A DNA stretch of 64,000 nt from an uncultured virus (IMG/VR IMGVR_UViG_3300027608_000027) (taxonomy: Duplodnaviria; Heunggongvirae; Uroviricota; Caudoviricetes). The notes under the pieces are model-generated. The model was given only the letters and a program-made list of their open reading frames with translations, was not told the origin of the DNA and ran no database searches. Of the stretch, positions 63,999 through 64,000 are shown piece after piece. The position numbers and the translations under genes were made by a program. The stretch's first letter is position 1. Every line of letters begins with the position of its first letter. The stretch lies in the IMG/VR virus record IMGVR_UViG_3300027608_000027. One strand, given 5' to 3'.

Positions 63999-64000
63999 AC

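Noticed and set aside
1..64000. Stop-codon reassignment as in some large phages
   Set aside because: Code 11 gives dense, full-length ORFs including a 14-kb one; TAA, TGA and TAG all appear as real stops.
1..64000. CRISPR array, prophage integrase, or bacterial contractile injection system locus
   Set aside because: No repeat-spacer array or integrase seen. gp55, gp46/47, RNase H and thyX alongside the baseplate genes indicate a T4-like phage rather than an eCIS/T6SS locus.

Overview
AT-rich segment of a large T4-like (myovirus, possibly jumbo) bacteriophage genome in standard code 11. (1) 1-735: a gp26-like baseplate/tail chaperone whose end carries a slippery -1 frameshift site into a start-less downstream frame. 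(2) 727-6696, minus strand: gp55-like late sigma factor, gp47/gp46 (Mre11/Rad50) nuclease, a small GIY-YIG endonuclease followed by a ~450-nt GC-rich, strand-asymmetrically structured non-coding region (candidate large ncRNA), then a putative internal virion protein. (3) 6773-37610, plus strand: contractile-tail baseplate module (tube-initiator-like, gp53, hub, gp5, gp25, gp6), a 4782-aa giant structural protein and three fibre proteins sharing an N-terminal domain. (4) 37673-53841, plus strand: a 16-kb tailoring-enzyme cluster (4 glycosyltransferase-like, methyltransferase-like, 5 radical SAM, 2OG-Fe(II) oxygenase, nitroreductase with an inserted domain, SDR, 3 SGNH paralogues). (5) 53838-64000, minus strand: thyX, AAA+ ATPase/VWA-peptidase pair, T4-type RNase H, 2OG oxygenase, an atypical QueE and hypotheticals. 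Regulatory signals include four consensus sigma70 promoters (three with inverted repeats in the spacer), many TAAATA late-promoter motifs and RBS-occluding hairpins. No tRNA, rRNA, CRISPR or integrase was seen. All calls come from reading motifs by eye; no database search or folding program was run.
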